A DNA stretch of 41,249 nucleotides from Tubiluchus corallicola (taxonomy: Eukaryota; Animalia; Priapulida), in contig JAQGDQ010000824.1 in assembly GCA_030141605.1 (NCBI GenBank), positions 1 to 41,249 on the forward strand, written 5' to 3'. A program made the position numbers and the translations under genes. This document shows, piece after piece, positions 12,253-25,984 of the stretch. The first letter of the stretch is position 1; each line of letters starts with the position of its first letter. Below the pieces are notes generated by a model. That model was not told the origin of the DNA and made no database searches. It was given only the letters and a program-made list of their open reading frames with translations.

Positions 12253-15200
12253 TTTTAGACCAATGTGTCATGAAGCATTAGCATGCTGCTTTTTCATTGT
12301 TTGGTATACATAATGGCTGCTGATTAGATCTTCTGAAATGTGATGGTAATGATATGCCCACTAATTACAATCAATTTATTAAATTTCATGTATACAACAA
12401 CTATGCTTCGCATGGGACCATGACCTTTCTTTTCAAATCTCTGTCGTCTTTTATAGCAATCGATTTGTAGTAACCGTTGTCGATGACCATCAGCGTACAT
12501 CCGCAACTCATAAAGCTACATCAATAAAACAGACATTAATCGAATGAAAAACAGCCATAAGCTATGTATAAATCTTTGTTCACGAGACATTGTTCCACGA
12601 GAGCTGGCAGGAAACATACATCGAGTGTGTCATGCCGGATTGCCTCCATTCACAGCCGCCATAATTGCTGCTTGCCTGCCCGCAGAGATCTGTGGTGAAA
12701 TAATGATGATAATTTGTCGAGGATTTTTGCCCTTTTTGTGTCGAAAGCATCACCCGTAATTGGTCTGTTGTTGCAGCGATGAGTCATCTTCCTGTGTTGT
12801 AACGTCCATTATCTCTTGTCATGGTGTAACTCCAATCAGGGTGCTTCTGTGTCTGCAGCAACCAGGTTTTTTACACCTGGTGTTCTTTGTACAGTATGGC
12901 AAACAACTTAGAGAGTTCAAATAAATGAAAGTTGTTCAACAAGTGCAATCTGATCTAGTTATAAGAACACAAGAATTTACATTGCTAACTTATAAGTTAT
13001 AAGTTTATTTATTTCCACTCTGCATCTAACAGTTATAATAAAAATACAGATAATTTCACTGAAGTAAATATAAATATAAATGCAATATTATCCAGAAATT
13101 ACAAAAGAGATTATTATGCAGCATTTACATGTGCAAATTACATTACAGAATAATTTTGATGCATACAGTTTGAGCCTAAAATCGTCATCATCATCTGCCC
13201 GTCACGTCTATTGTAGACATTGGGCAGGCAGAATTCTAAAATAAAAGAAATCTGCCTTCAGACAGGTAAACGCATCAGTAATCCAGCAAAAAAACTAGAT
13301 ACTGCTACGCCAGTGGCTTGTCAGCACCACTTCCGTTCCAAAGCATAGCTTGACAGGCCAAACTGTACGTGGAAATCTTAAAGAAGTGATTAATAATTGA
13401 AATAATGATAATATATACATAAAAGTGGGGGGGAAGTAGTGAATGAAAGGTGAAATGGAGCGAGGTGAGGGTCGGTTAATCTTATAGGTGATGAAATATA
13501 TTTATCATTATGAGTACGTTTTTATCTTTTATTCACAGAAGGACTTCTGAATGCAATAATTTATGATATATACGTACACATGCCAAGAACACTATATGGT
13601 GATAAACAAATTATCCTGTTTGAATATTTGGACTTTGTTGATATTTTTTCCTATTAAATTACATTTTGATACTCTTACGCATACACCATTTCTCAGCTAT
13701 ATATTCTTGCCAAGTCTGTAACCTCTTACATCGGTGCTTGTGGCCTTTTGGTCGGTCATGAAACGAATGTATTTAGTATCCATACCCACTTCCATCTCGT
13801 AAAGACGCAAACAAAAAAGTTACGAGAAATGACACAGAAATTTAAATTTTGCCTTGACTATTTGGCAGTGCGGGACTTCCTGTTGTTAAATGACCACACA
13901 ATGACCAAGCATTAACAACTTGACCGAAATAGACAAGGGATTATTGTAAATTTGTTACAACAACTACCTTACACACTGTCACTAATCTCTGTAATCATTG
14001 GCGACAACCTTTATTTCGGTGATCTATTGTTTACGGTGAATAGCCTCTTGTTTACAAATGGCCGCCTGACTAGCTGCATTGTGTGACAAAAGTAATCCAC
14101 GTTTCCTACACATAAATTGTCAGTCAGCATTATGCGCCCTCTGATGGTCAATGAACTATTATTATCGTCATTAACTTCAGCTTGGATTCTGCTAGTTGAA
14201 CTAACAGGCAGGATCTGCGCCATATTGCCTCATTCATGAAACTATTGCTTCCTTTCCCGCCCGTAATAATAACCAGCTAGGGAACTCCTACAGTGAATTA
14301 TAGGTCTGCAATACTGCCTCCCAAGCTAGCTGCTTGTACTACGTTCACATTAATCAGGGGTGTTGGTTTTAATATCCCAACCTAAGTTGATAACAGAAGG
14401 GTTAGTGAACATGCTGTCCTTGGATTTTAGGAAACACGCCAAAATATAGCGAAATAATGAGAAGAGTTGTTAAGAGCGAAGCAGATTAACTCGTTCTGAG
14501 ATGAGTTTTAGTTACATTAGTCCTAATCGGTGTGCTAAATCAAATTTATTCTTTCTGTAACATTTCAGGAACAAATACGTGTACAAAAATATATAAACAG
14601 AAATAAAGTAGTAAATGTGGTAAGTAAAGTAAATATAAAGTCAATGAGATGGGGTAGCGAATTGACTAAAAATTCGGTCACCCATCATCTGACAATAAGG
14701 TTTGGTCAACATGGCAGATTAAATAATGATGCAAAATTGCCTGTTTAATAATTGAACATAATTATCATCTGTCATTTGAAAAAGATGTGCTACGCCACGT
14801 GGTAGCTTTATTATTCGATACAAAACCAAAACCGTGTCCAACTTTTCACATCAAAAACTTTTCTACGATCTTTGAAAATAATCTCCTTAAATTAGCAAAA
14901 CTTTGCAAGTTTTAAAGGTAAAATTGAATACATTTTGGACTCAATATACTTGACGTTATATTTAATACAACCAAGGGACAAATGATGTGCTAATTTCTTT
15001 GATTTTTGTCTTTTTTGGCACAAAAATGAACTATTCTTGGTTTTTTGTTGGTCAGTTTGTGGAGAATTCAAACACTAATGTATTTCAATGGAATACACAT
15101 GTTGGCACTTTCTGGATATGCCCTGTTGGCACTTTCTGGATATGCCCTGTTGGGCTCAATAACCCACTGCTAGTAGGAATTATTGTCATGTTCGCAATAG

Positions 15201-16119
15201 CCATGAAATATTATGCCGCTCAGATAATAATTGCGGTGCAGTTTTTGAGGTTGAAACAGGTTTTTGGATGAAGTGCTGGAAAAGTGTTTAAGATGTCTTG
15301 AGGTCAGATGACTGGTAATTCTCATATTCAGCAGTTTCCTTCATTAAATATGGAAAAATTTCTCCTACAGCTGAAGCAATGAAAGATTTACTAGAAGCTT
15401 TGCGGGCAGAAATAAACAGATTGAGATTAAAATTAAACTAATTTATTCTCTTTGCAAGTCACATACATATCCTGTATTATACAATATAGGAATAATAATA
15501 TCTCTCCAACTTTTGTCTTCTAGACAAGAGAATTGTTTAGCTGTTCATGTAAAATTGCAAGAAATGTATATGCTCCTCTGGTAATTCATTAATAGCTTTT
15601 TTGAGTTACGATCCTGCCAATAGTTCATTAATAGCTTTAGTGACTTAGGATACAGAAGCAGCATTGCACACTTGGATTTGGTATTTTACAGTATGGTATA
15701 GAATATGTAATGCTGTGTCGTATACAGAGAGAAAACATTGTGAACTCGTGCCTTTTTAAGCCGTAAAGAAATTATTTGAGTAAATTTTATACAATCCACT
15801 AGACGCATGCGCAGAAAAGAACACTGGTAGCAAAATCTTCTGTCACTTGCATAGCTATCACAATTAATAATTGGTGACGTCAGTCATATTCATTTAAATC
15901 ATACTTAATTCATAATTCGCTTGTCAAAATGTCCACTGAATTTTATAACTAATATCAGGCTCCACTTGCTCTTTTTGCTTGCTTGTTTGCTTTGAAACTA
16001 GTTGCTTTGTTACTTGCCTAGGTGCTGCATACTTACTGACTGACTGACCGACTGAATAATTAAGTGATTTACCTAGTTGCTTGCATACTTGCTACTGATT
16101 AACTGATTGAACCAGTCAG

Positions 16120-16460
16120 TTACTTATTCAGCCAGTTACCTACCTAGCCATCCATCTGCCTATCTACCTACCTACTTGCTTACCCTCCCAGTTGCCTACC
16201 TACCCACCTACCTGCCCAACACCTACCTACGTACCTACCTACCTCCCTACCAACCTACCTACCTATCTACCTACCCATCTACCGAACTACCCACCTGCCT
16301 ACCTATCCACCCACCTGCCTACCTACCTACCCACTCACCTGCCTATCTACCCACCTGCCTGTCCAACACCCCACCTACGTACCTACCTACCTGCCTACCC
16401 ACCTACCTACCTACCCATCTATCGAACTACCCACCTGCCTACCTATCCACCCACCCACTT
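16120..16460. repeat. (CCTA)n-like degenerate tetranucleotide microsatellite
   Basis: Directly visible. Confidence 0.95.
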
Positions 16461-16740
16461 ACGGACTGTGATTTGCTATTTTAGAGATCTTTAAATGCAA
16501 GCCCACTTTTTAATCAAAAATTTACCAGACTCGTAATATTGCCGTGCACACTGCAACCTCCGACTCCCCTTCCTCCACTTTCCCTCTCCCTCTGACACCT
16601 CCCCAACAAAATGGCTGTTCAGAAAATCCTGCTGTAACAAATTTAATGACGTTTATTTTCCGCAATATTAATTATTTTCACTTCTGTCGTGGCAAACCTG
16701 TACCGGCTGTTGTTTCAAATAATAATAATAACGCTGAAAT

Positions 16741-16805
16741 AACAAGTGAACAGTCTTGAAAAACAAGTGAACGGTCTTGAAAAACAAGTGAACGGTCTTG
16801 AAAAA
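16741..16805. repeat. 21-bp unit x3 (AACAAGTGAACGGTCTTGAAA)
   Basis: Directly visible. Confidence 0.9.
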
Positions 16806-16843
16806 CTTTCATATGTTACCAGCTTAAATTAAACTCTTGAATG

Positions 16844-17938
16844 ACTGTGTGAGCGGTACCTGTGCACTTTTACTTGGCAACACTAAGGACGTAAATTTAG
16901 TGCTAACGTAGAGAGCACTTTTACTTGGCAACACTAAGGACGTAAATTTAGCGTTAACGTAGCGAGCACTTTTACTTGGCCACACTAAGGACGTAAATTT
17001 AGTGTTAACGTAGCGAGCACTTTTACTTGGCAACACTAAGGACGTAAATTTAGTGTTAACGTAGCGAGCACTTTTACTTGGCAACACTAAGGACGTAAAT
17101 TTAGTGTTAACGTAGCGAGCACTTTTACTTGGCCACACTAAGGACGTAAATTTAGTGTTAACGTAGCGAGCACTTTTACTTGGCAACACTAAGGACGTAA
17201 ATTTAGCGTTAACGTAGCGAGCACTTTTACTTGGCAACGCTAAGGAAGTAAATTTATCGCTAACGTGGCGAGCACTTTTACTTGGCAACACTAAGGACGT
17301 CAATTTAGTGTTAACGTGGCGAGCTCTTTTACTTGGCAACACTAAGGACGTAAATTTAGTGTTAACGTGGCGAGCTCTTTTACTTGGCAACACTAAGGAC
17401 GTAAATTTAGCGTTAACGTGACGAACACTTTTACTTGGCAACACTAAGGACGTAAATTTAGCGTTAACGTAGCGAGCACTTTTACTTGGCAACACTAAGG
17501 ACGCAAATTTAGTTTTAACGTAGCGAGCACTTTTACTTGGCAACACTAAGGACGTAAATTTAGCGTTAACGTAGCGAGCACTTTTACTTGGCAACACTAA
17601 GGATGCTAATTTAGCGTTAACGTAGCGAGCACTTTTACTTGGCAACACTAAGGATGCTAATTTAGTGTTAACGTAGCGAGCACTTTTACTTGGCAACACT
17701 AAGGACGTAAGTTTAGTGTTAACGTAGCGAGTTCGACTCCGCGGTTTCCCTTTTTTAAATACTTTTTTCTGTTCATAAGGTGGTGGAATGAGACTCTTAC
17801 TGTTTCTCTATACCTGGGTGCTACGTCTCGTCATGCACTCATTTCAGTAAAGCTGCTTTTAGTTTTTTGAACGTTACAGTAATGATGGACTCAGTAATGC
17901 ACAGTTGTGTCCTAGAACATAATATATTTCATTCATTA
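16844..17938 (+). mobile_element. Putative tRNA-derived SINE containing the 51-bp array
   Basis: A-box/D-arm-like TGTGAGCGGTA before the array, B-box/T-arm GCGAGTTCGACTCCGC right after it, ~190-nt body ending TTCATTCATT. Confidence 0.4.
16864..17731. repeat. 51-bp minisatellite, 17 near-identical copies
   Basis: Unit GCACTTTTACTTGGCAACACTAAGGACGTAAATTTAGTGTTAACGTAGCGA; accounts for ORF 16824..17699. Confidence 0.98.
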
Positions 17939-18459
17939 TACGACTTTTCAGTAATGAAACCGTGCTCCGCGTATTCGCGCAGCTCCACCCCACAATTGTG
18001 GGTTAGCTCAGCTCCTACGCGCCGACAACTTCGGGCGTTTCCGTGAAAGACCGTGAAAGAATATTTGAAAAATCAAAAGTCTAAATTTCAGTTCAGAATC
18101 AAATCTACAATCTATTTCAAAACTTCAAAAGCGATCTTGAATCGCTGTAGCTATAAAATGAGACGTCTAATTAAGCGGTTTTCTCTTTGCATAATCGATT
18201 TTTTATTTTTTTATTTGTTAACATTTGTAAGTGTATTAAAACGGTATAAAAATGAGAATTCAGCAGGCGCATGCGCAGTTACGCTGATCCTATAAAACAC
18301 GAAATGATGCACGAAGATAAATTCTATAAAAACACTTCCGTAAAATTGATTGCTTCTCATTAAAAGGCTCCTAAAATGTAATTAAATGTGAATTATATAC
18401 TCTATAAAAGACGCTTAATACAAAATATGATAATTAGAGAACCAATTAGGTCTGCTTAA

Positions 18460-19185
18460 GGGACAAGAAAAGGGGCACCTGAAGTAGGTTTCAGAAAAAT
18501 CGCCTTAAAAATTATATTACTTTATAGCAATTTAATGCATAATATGCATTCCTTTCAGTATTATATATTACTCGCACTGAAAGGAATTTTAGTTTGTTTT
18601 CATTTTAAATCTCCCGCAATACTGTCCGAAGTCGCCATTACATGACGTCATGCACCAAACGTAAATCAAGGGAAGAAAAGGCGATGTTAAATTATGTCTC
18701 AAAAAACTTTCCATGCAAATCTATATTACTTTGCATTTCATTTACCCACTGGAAAGACTTATGTAACTAGAAAAGAAAATTTTTAATTATTTAAAATGTT
18801 TTCACCAATTGGTAAAATGTGGCTGTCTCACCCTCCAGGGTGCAGCACTCACTAACTAAAAACGTATTTTTATTCTTATTGACAAGATACAGTAATTTAA
18901 AATTTTACTCAATTAGTGATGTGTGCGCTACGAATGCTCTGGTTATTTTTTCAAACTTTACAAAATGTTATCTAAACTTGTTTCAAACGGCCTATCGTCA
19001 AAATGGCTGCATCTAACTGTCATCACGGGAGTTTAAATTTACATGTTTTATACAGCGTAACTGCCGATTGAAGTCCTGCACGCAAAAAGGCAGTATGTAA
19101 GTGATATAAAATTTCAAAACGAATTTTTCAAGCTTTATGTTTTTGAAGGGTTTTCTTGTGATTTAAGAGTTTTTGTCTTCATATT
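18460..19185 (+). mobile_element. Kolobok-like DNA transposon terminus (copy A)
   Basis: Starts TTAA|GGGACAAGAAAAGGGG; colinear over ~700 bp with the reverse complement of 38270-38958. Confidence 0.7.
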
Positions 19186-20368
19186 TATCATATAAAAGTG
19201 TTCTATAATGTTTTATGAAACCCATAACTTGCTATTGTGTAGTATGTTAGTTAAAGATACCATTTTTTCAGTTCGTGGTTTGGTGAAGTATAAGGTCAGT
19301 GAATAGAAGCCTTGCAGACCATTCAAGCCATCTAGGTGTCACGTCGCAGATGCCTCCTTGCTGAGTGAGTTCACCTAGCCAAACTAGCAACCGCTAGGGA
19401 CCGCCACTGTTCAACAAGTTGTAAATATGTGCTGCTTTGTCACACTAGTCGTGACTCATTAGCTGCAGTTTCACGCAAAAAAGATGAAATTATAATTCTC
19501 CTTTACAGTCGTGTCACGTCGTCCATTAGCAAACATTAACTTCATTCGTTCATTTCTTTTTCGTTATTTTTTTCGTTCTTTTTCGTAGTTATTATAATTT
19601 CGTATCTACTATGTCGTGTAAAGTGTAGCATTTCTCAAGCTTTGACATTGTAAAGTTTTATTCTTCACTAAAAATACTTTCTTATGCATTTAAACTACAA
19701 TAAACATCTACACTTTTTTGTTCATGTATATATAAATGTTCTTACTTCGTAACTAAATATGTTAAACGTGCATAGATGTTGTTTTATAACATAGATAAAT
19801 GTCTGAAGTAAAGTTCAAAAGAATTCTTTATACTTACGCGTATTTGAAAACCTAGGTGTATACAAATGTTGCTATAATGTGTTAGTTTATTTTCTGAATT
19901 TGAAGTTTGCTATAAAAAAGAAAAAAATTTTGTAGTGAAAAAAGTGTAGGTAGTAGGTAACTGTGTGTTCTGTATTGTTTAAAAAGCAATAAAAATCTAT
20001 TTTTAAAAATAATTATCTCTCTATTTTATCATTTTCAACTGTTTTTTTGCTAATAATGTATTCTCTCTACAGTTATTTGTTCCAAGCAAGCCGTGTGGCA
20101 ATCTGGCTAAGTTTGGAACTTGCCACAGGGAAATTCCTAAATTTTTGCCCAAAAGTGAAATTGCAAGGCTGCTGACTAATAACAGCTGTAAATTGAATTG
20201 AAAAAAGCCACTGACATACTAGTCTTGTCAAAACCTACCCTTCTCGTAAACGTGTTGGTTAAAAATTTATCACACTAAACAGACTGAAGTAAATAATGAC
20301 GTCCCAAACACGATTGATTTTTTAATAAATTTTTCAAGTCAAATTTGGAAAAAAAATGTGAAAAGGTT

Positions 20369-20419
20369 GTACAGCGGGGTTTGAACCAGGTACCGTCTGT
20401 TTAGCAGACAGATGCTATA
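20369..20419 (-). other. tRNA-derived fragment (anticodon arm with GCT plus degenerate T-arm); not a full tRNA gene
   Basis: Minus strand TCTGT-CTGCTAA-ACAGA stem-loop then GGTTCAAACCC; no D-arm or acceptor stem. Confidence 0.45.
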
Positions 20420-20987
20420 AATTGTAGCAATCAGATGAGTAAATATAAAAGCCAAAACCAGACAGGATAATCTTTCTTTTTAAGATGCTTTTTCGCCGTT
20501 TAAGACATAATTTAATTCAACTATTCTTTGTGTTTTTTTGCATTTTTCTATTTTTTACGGGATCCGTTTTATCACTAACTTACAAACGTCAACGAATTTT
20601 ATCTACATCCGCTGAAGCCAGTACAATTATAGAGCCATTTCCGGTCATGTTAGCAGTTCGAAGGATAACTTCCGATTTCGTTGAAACAGTGCCTCAGTCA
20701 GGAAGTGATTGCCGCTCGAAAGCTGGTTTCGAACCCACAGCTTTCTGAGCAACAATCAAAAAATGGTGAAGCGTCAGCGCGGTAGCCAATCACGATCCTG
20801 CATGCAGGTCACGTGACTAGACGTACTAATGTTATGGTGCGGGAACCAGGCGTTAATTGCAACTGCTTTACTTTGTGTTCTGCTAGGTCATTTACATAGA
20901 CAAGACAGAATGGGTCAGTAAACTTTGACCACTTGTTTTTTACACTGAACGTGTGGCCTAGACCCAACAGCATTTGTGACCCTTACA

Positions 20988-21650
<663 letters not shown>

Positions 21651-21803
21651 GCTAAGCTTGTCTTGTAGCGGCAGCAGTAATGCAGTTGGCTTGCATTAAC
21701 AGCGATGCATTAAACAAGCTTACACGCTGCAGAACAGCGCTAATCAAAAAATAACTCGAGTTACTCACACTGCAAAGCAAAATAACAACATGATAATGGC
21801 AAG

Positions 21804-21805
21804 TT

Positions 21806-21850
<45 letters not shown>

Positions 21851-21906
21851 CGTGCGTGTGTGTGTGTGTGTGAGTGCGTGCGTGCGTGCGTGCGTGCGTG
21901 TGTGTG

Positions 21907-21938
<32 letters not shown>

Positions 21939-21961
21939 TGTGTGTGTGTGTGTGTGCGTGC

Positions 21962-21992
<31 letters not shown>

Positions 21993-22047
21993 AGCGTGTG
22001 CGTGCGTGTGTGTGTGTGTGGGCGCGCGCGTGCGTGCGTGTGTGTGT
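21804..22047. repeat. (GT)n/(GTGC)n compound microsatellite
   Basis: Directly visible. Confidence 0.99.
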
Positions 22048-22898
22048 ACACAATAGTCCTGTTTTTAATCAAATCTACAGTGAACCCTTTCTCCCGTCCA
22101 CCTCCGTTTCTTGAGTAAAAAACCTACAATCGTGGTCTGTACAGCCATATTAATTCATTTTTTCCAATTATAATTTCAGACCACTCAAGATGATGCAAAA
22201 ATTCACGAAGTCCACCAATTATGTCATGTATTCAAGTGAATGGCAACTACTATCATGCCTAAAATTTCTTTACAGCGGTAGTACAAAAAAAACTTTAAGC
22301 TTTTTAGACAGTTTTTATGTAAATTTCCTTTTTTTTCTAAATATAAGTGCTAACAGTAAAATAAACCCAACGCGCTGAATCATTTCCTTTAACTTTGCTT
22401 AAAAAATTCTTTGCCACTTCAGCTTGAATATCTCCGACTGGTCCGGGTTGTTTATTTAGGTGCGCCCTGTACGTGGCTACAGTAGTACTAATGACCGGCA
22501 GCCATGCGGATTAAAGCTCATTATCTACGTTCATATTGTATTGTGAGCTAAACAAAAATTGTCTATAACAACACGGCTAATCCGAAAATTACTGGCTACA
22601 AAAATAAACTCCATTGAATGGAATTGCTGCCCTACAAGACGCAGTTGAATGCAAACGAAAACACAGAAAAAGTTTCAAGCTGGTGAGTACAATGTGCAAG
22701 GCGGAGGTGGGACATCCTGAGATGCTAAGCCTAAGAGGCGATTCTTAAAGGAGGAAGACTCCCACGCCAACAGAGAGAGAGAGAGAGAGACCACAATTCG
22801 CTGGCTAGGTCGTTTAGAGGAAGAAATTAAAAAGGTTTTTTGCACCCGGTGAACTTTCGTAAAAGTTTAAAATGAGACTGATTATGCGGTGAAAAAAA

Positions 22899-22991
22899 GG
22901 TGGTGGTGGTGGTGGTGATGGTGGTGGTGGTGATGGTGGTGGTGGTGGTGGTGGTGATGGTGGTGGTGGTGGTGGTGGTAGTAGTAGTAGT
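22899..22991. repeat. (GGT)n/(AGT)n microsatellite
   Basis: Directly visible. Confidence 0.99.
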
Positions 22992-23038
22992 CACGACCTC
23001 CCAGACGAGAAGCAGACGCATTACCACTAGACTATGGA

Positions 23039-23450
23039 GTACAGATTATGCAAAACAAGGCATCATTGATAAATCTTTAAAGCTGATGTCAACATAGCAC
23101 AATCTATTATCTTTCTTTCTACCATTTCCACTAACACATCCTTCTACCCTTCCTGTGTGATCTAACCTTTCTCCCAGTTCTTTTTTTGTTCACTCATCCA
23201 TTCTTTTTTATCGGGTTCACATGACAGTGGGCTTATACAAGCCTTTGCTTCTCTAGCCCACTGCAGTACAATTATTCTTTTATGATAACGATAGTGTATG
23301 AAGCATAAGAATTTAATACAGTAGATGTAATAATTTTGATGTCATTGTGTGCTTAATGTCATTATATTGTACTGAATGTGATAATAATAATAAAAATAAA
23401 AAATGATAATAATAATAATAATAAATACAAAAATGATAATAATAATAAAA
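23039..23450 (+). mobile_element. Second, more 5'-truncated copy of the LINE 3' UTR at 8518-8905
   Basis: Near-identical sequence from GTACAGATTATGCAAAACAAGG to the TAA/A-rich tail. Confidence 0.9.
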
Positions 23451-23699
23451 ATCTTGATTACTCATTATAAAGACAAATTCGTCATTGTCATTTGGCAAAT
23501 TTTGCTAAGATTTTGGACATGAAATCCACAAATGCTGGATCTTCGTCAAACGTGATCTAATCTTATTTATTTATCTGTTCAACCTGATAATAACGTAAAT
23601 GTAAATGTTTTGTATTAATAATTTAATAGCTGAAATTCAGCCATGCAGATTTTCATGCCATAAAACCAAAAATTAAAAGACCACAAAAGCTGAAACTGT

Positions 23700-24287
23700 G
23701 TGAACCTCTGAGTGAACCTCTGACTGAACCTGAAAGCCGCATGAACATCTACCCCAATCTAAACACTGCATGAACCTCTGACTCATCCTGAAAGCTGCAT
23801 GAACGTCTACCTCAATCTAAACACTGCATGAACCTCAGACTGAACCTGAAAGCCGCATGAACATCTACCTCAATTTAAACACTGCATGAACCTCTGACTG
23901 AACCTCTGAAAGCCGCATGAACATCTACCTGAATCTAAACACTGCATGAACCTCTGACTGAACCTGAAAGCCGCATGAACGTCTACCTCAATCTAAACAC
24001 TGCATGAACCTCTGACTGAACGTGAAAGCCGCATGAACGTCTACCTCAATCTAAACACTGCATGAACCTCTGACTGAACCTGAAAGCTGCATGAACATCT
24101 ACCCCAATCTAAACACTGCATGAACCTCTGACTGAACCTGAAAGCCTCATGAACATCTACCCCAATCTAAACACTGCATGAACCTCTGACTGAACCTCTG
24201 AAAGCCGCATGAACATCTACCCCAATCTAAACACTGCATGAACCTCTGACTGAACCTCTGAAAGCCTCATGAACATCTACCTGAATC
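23700..24287. repeat. 58-60 bp minisatellite, about 10 copies
   Basis: Unit GCATGAACCTCTGACTGAACCTGAAAGCCGCATGAACATCTACCCCAATCTAAACACT. Confidence 0.97.
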
Positions 24288-24584
24288 GAGATGATTAAAA
24301 TGGGAATATTCTAAGAAAATGTGGAACTCTAACAGATTGTGCCAAAAAAAGAAAACCTTTTCTAGATCTTAACTTTCATTTCAATTTTGACGTTTAATTT
24401 TGATCTAACAAATTCAATTCAAACGTGCTTTCATATTAATGATATAAATGAGGCAAGTAAATGTATTTATTTATCACAATGGAAATAGGATGGCGAAGGA
24501 CCATCAAAGTCAATTTGACAAGCCATCCTTCAATAGATGAACGTGATTACTGGAATGACACTGTAGCACATGCATTGAAGTAAA

Positions 24585-25080
24585 ATTACATTATTATGTT
24601 ACGTCACGTCACGTCACATCACATAACATCACATCACATTATTTTACATTACATTATATTACATTACATTACATTACTTTATATTACATTACGTTACATT
24701 ACGTTACATTATATTGCATTGTATTACATTACATTGCATTGTATTGCATTGCATTGCATTGCATTACACTACACTACACTACACTACACTACACTACACT
24801 ACACTACACTACACTACACTACACTACACTACACTACACTACACTATACTACATTGTACTACACTACACTACACTACACTACACTACTCTACACTACACT
24901 ACACTACACTACACTACACTACACTACACTACACTACATTTCATTACATTACATTACATTACATTATATTACATTGTATTACATTACATTACATTACATT
25001 ACATTACATTACATTACATTACATTACATTACATTACATTACATTACATTACATTATATTATATTATATTATATTATATT
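24585..25080. repeat. (TACAT)n/(TACAC)n/(TATAT)n pentanucleotide microsatellite
   Basis: Directly visible. Confidence 0.99.
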
Positions 25081-25115
25081 AATATTCTTGGTATCTTAAT
25101 TCTATTTTCTATGTG

Positions 25116-25165
25116 GAGTTCGCGTGGACGGAGTGGCCACCCACCGGAGCTGAAACGTAGGCATC
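25116..25165 (-). pseudogene. Short segment homologous to the 5' coding region of the cadherin-like gene
   Basis: 46/50 nt identical to 29427-29476, same orientation; reads CLRFSSGGWPLRPREL vs CVRFRSGGWPLRIREL; preceded by in-frame TGA. Confidence 0.55.
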
Positions 25166-25475
25166 AGCAGATATAGATGTGCATGCGCAGAGAGTGCTAA
25201 GCTTATATTACTACGTAATCACTAGATAGGACACGCCATTTAAACAACTAGCGGTAGATGTGCGCAACTCTCCACCATTATTTGAACATTTTATGTAAAT
25301 AGTAATTATGTTATTGTAATTTTTTGTAATTATTGTATTTAACACAAAATGTTATTGTATTTCATTATATTTTATTGTTATACTAACTGTTGATTCATCA
25401 GCTGCTGCTGTCAAAGGTAAAAAATGTCAAATAAAAGTTAAAAATGTCAAATAAACGTTAAAAATGTCAAAAACC

Positions 25476-25667
25476 GTTAGCGCCCATACATTGCAGACTG
25501 AAGCTACCAGAGCTAATACTCCTGCTGACATAAGAAAATGTACTTTATGTAAGAACTGGAGCACGGAAGATGAATTTCACTTTAGTGTGCAATGTTTGTT
25601 GTTAAGAAAGGACAGCGTTCTTGAATCAAATATCAGATATGTTTCCAGAATTACCATCCAGGTGTGA
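25476..25667 (+). mobile_element. Non-LTR retrotransposon ORF2 C-terminal CCHC knuckle remnant (RTE-X-like)
   Basis: SAHTLQTEATR...RKCTLCKNWSTEDEFHFSVQC fits the SAHxLxIExGR...CxxC...EDExHFxxxC motif. Confidence 0.8.
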
Positions 25668-25875
25668 TATTGATAAGTTTATATTTTTAAATGAATGTGG
25701 AAGTTAAGAAATTGTTTGCTAACTCCGTGCATAAAATTTCAACAATTCATGATCCTGAATTATGAGGTAGCAATTAATTTTGTTAATACTTAATGTATTC
25801 AATCAGCACTGTGATATATATGTAGGCGTGTTTGTTATAATTTATGGTATTTTTTTAATCAACTTTGCTTAAAAA

Positions 25876-25984
25876 AGCCCTGTATTTATAGGGACGTGTC
25901 CCTGTATGCGTTGTTTATTTAAGTGTGTGATTTGTTAATTGTACTGTGCACACAGAATCGTGAGACACAGAGAGAAAAAAGCTA
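25876..25984 (+). mobile_element. Penelope-like element GIY-YIG endonuclease remnant, 5' half
   Basis: Frameshifted RVP..VVY..CVIC..Y and HRIVRHREKKA, continuing in frame at 27027 once the Harbinger insertion and one CTA are removed. Confidence 0.55.

Noticed and set aside
15101-15152. 24-bp direct duplication GTTGGCACTTTCTGGATATGCCCT
   Set aside because: Ordinary slippage duplication with no sign of function.
16824-17699. 291-aa ORF of 17-aa repeats, or a CRISPR-like array
   Set aside because: By-product of a 51-bp (multiple of 3) tandem repeat with no ATG start or unique domain; units abut without unique spacers, and no cas genes are present.
25110-25175. Hammerhead or HDV ribozyme reading of the 50-nt shared segment
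   Set aside because: It has GAAAC and TCCACGC-like words, but no CTGAnGA core in the right order and no P3 pairing.
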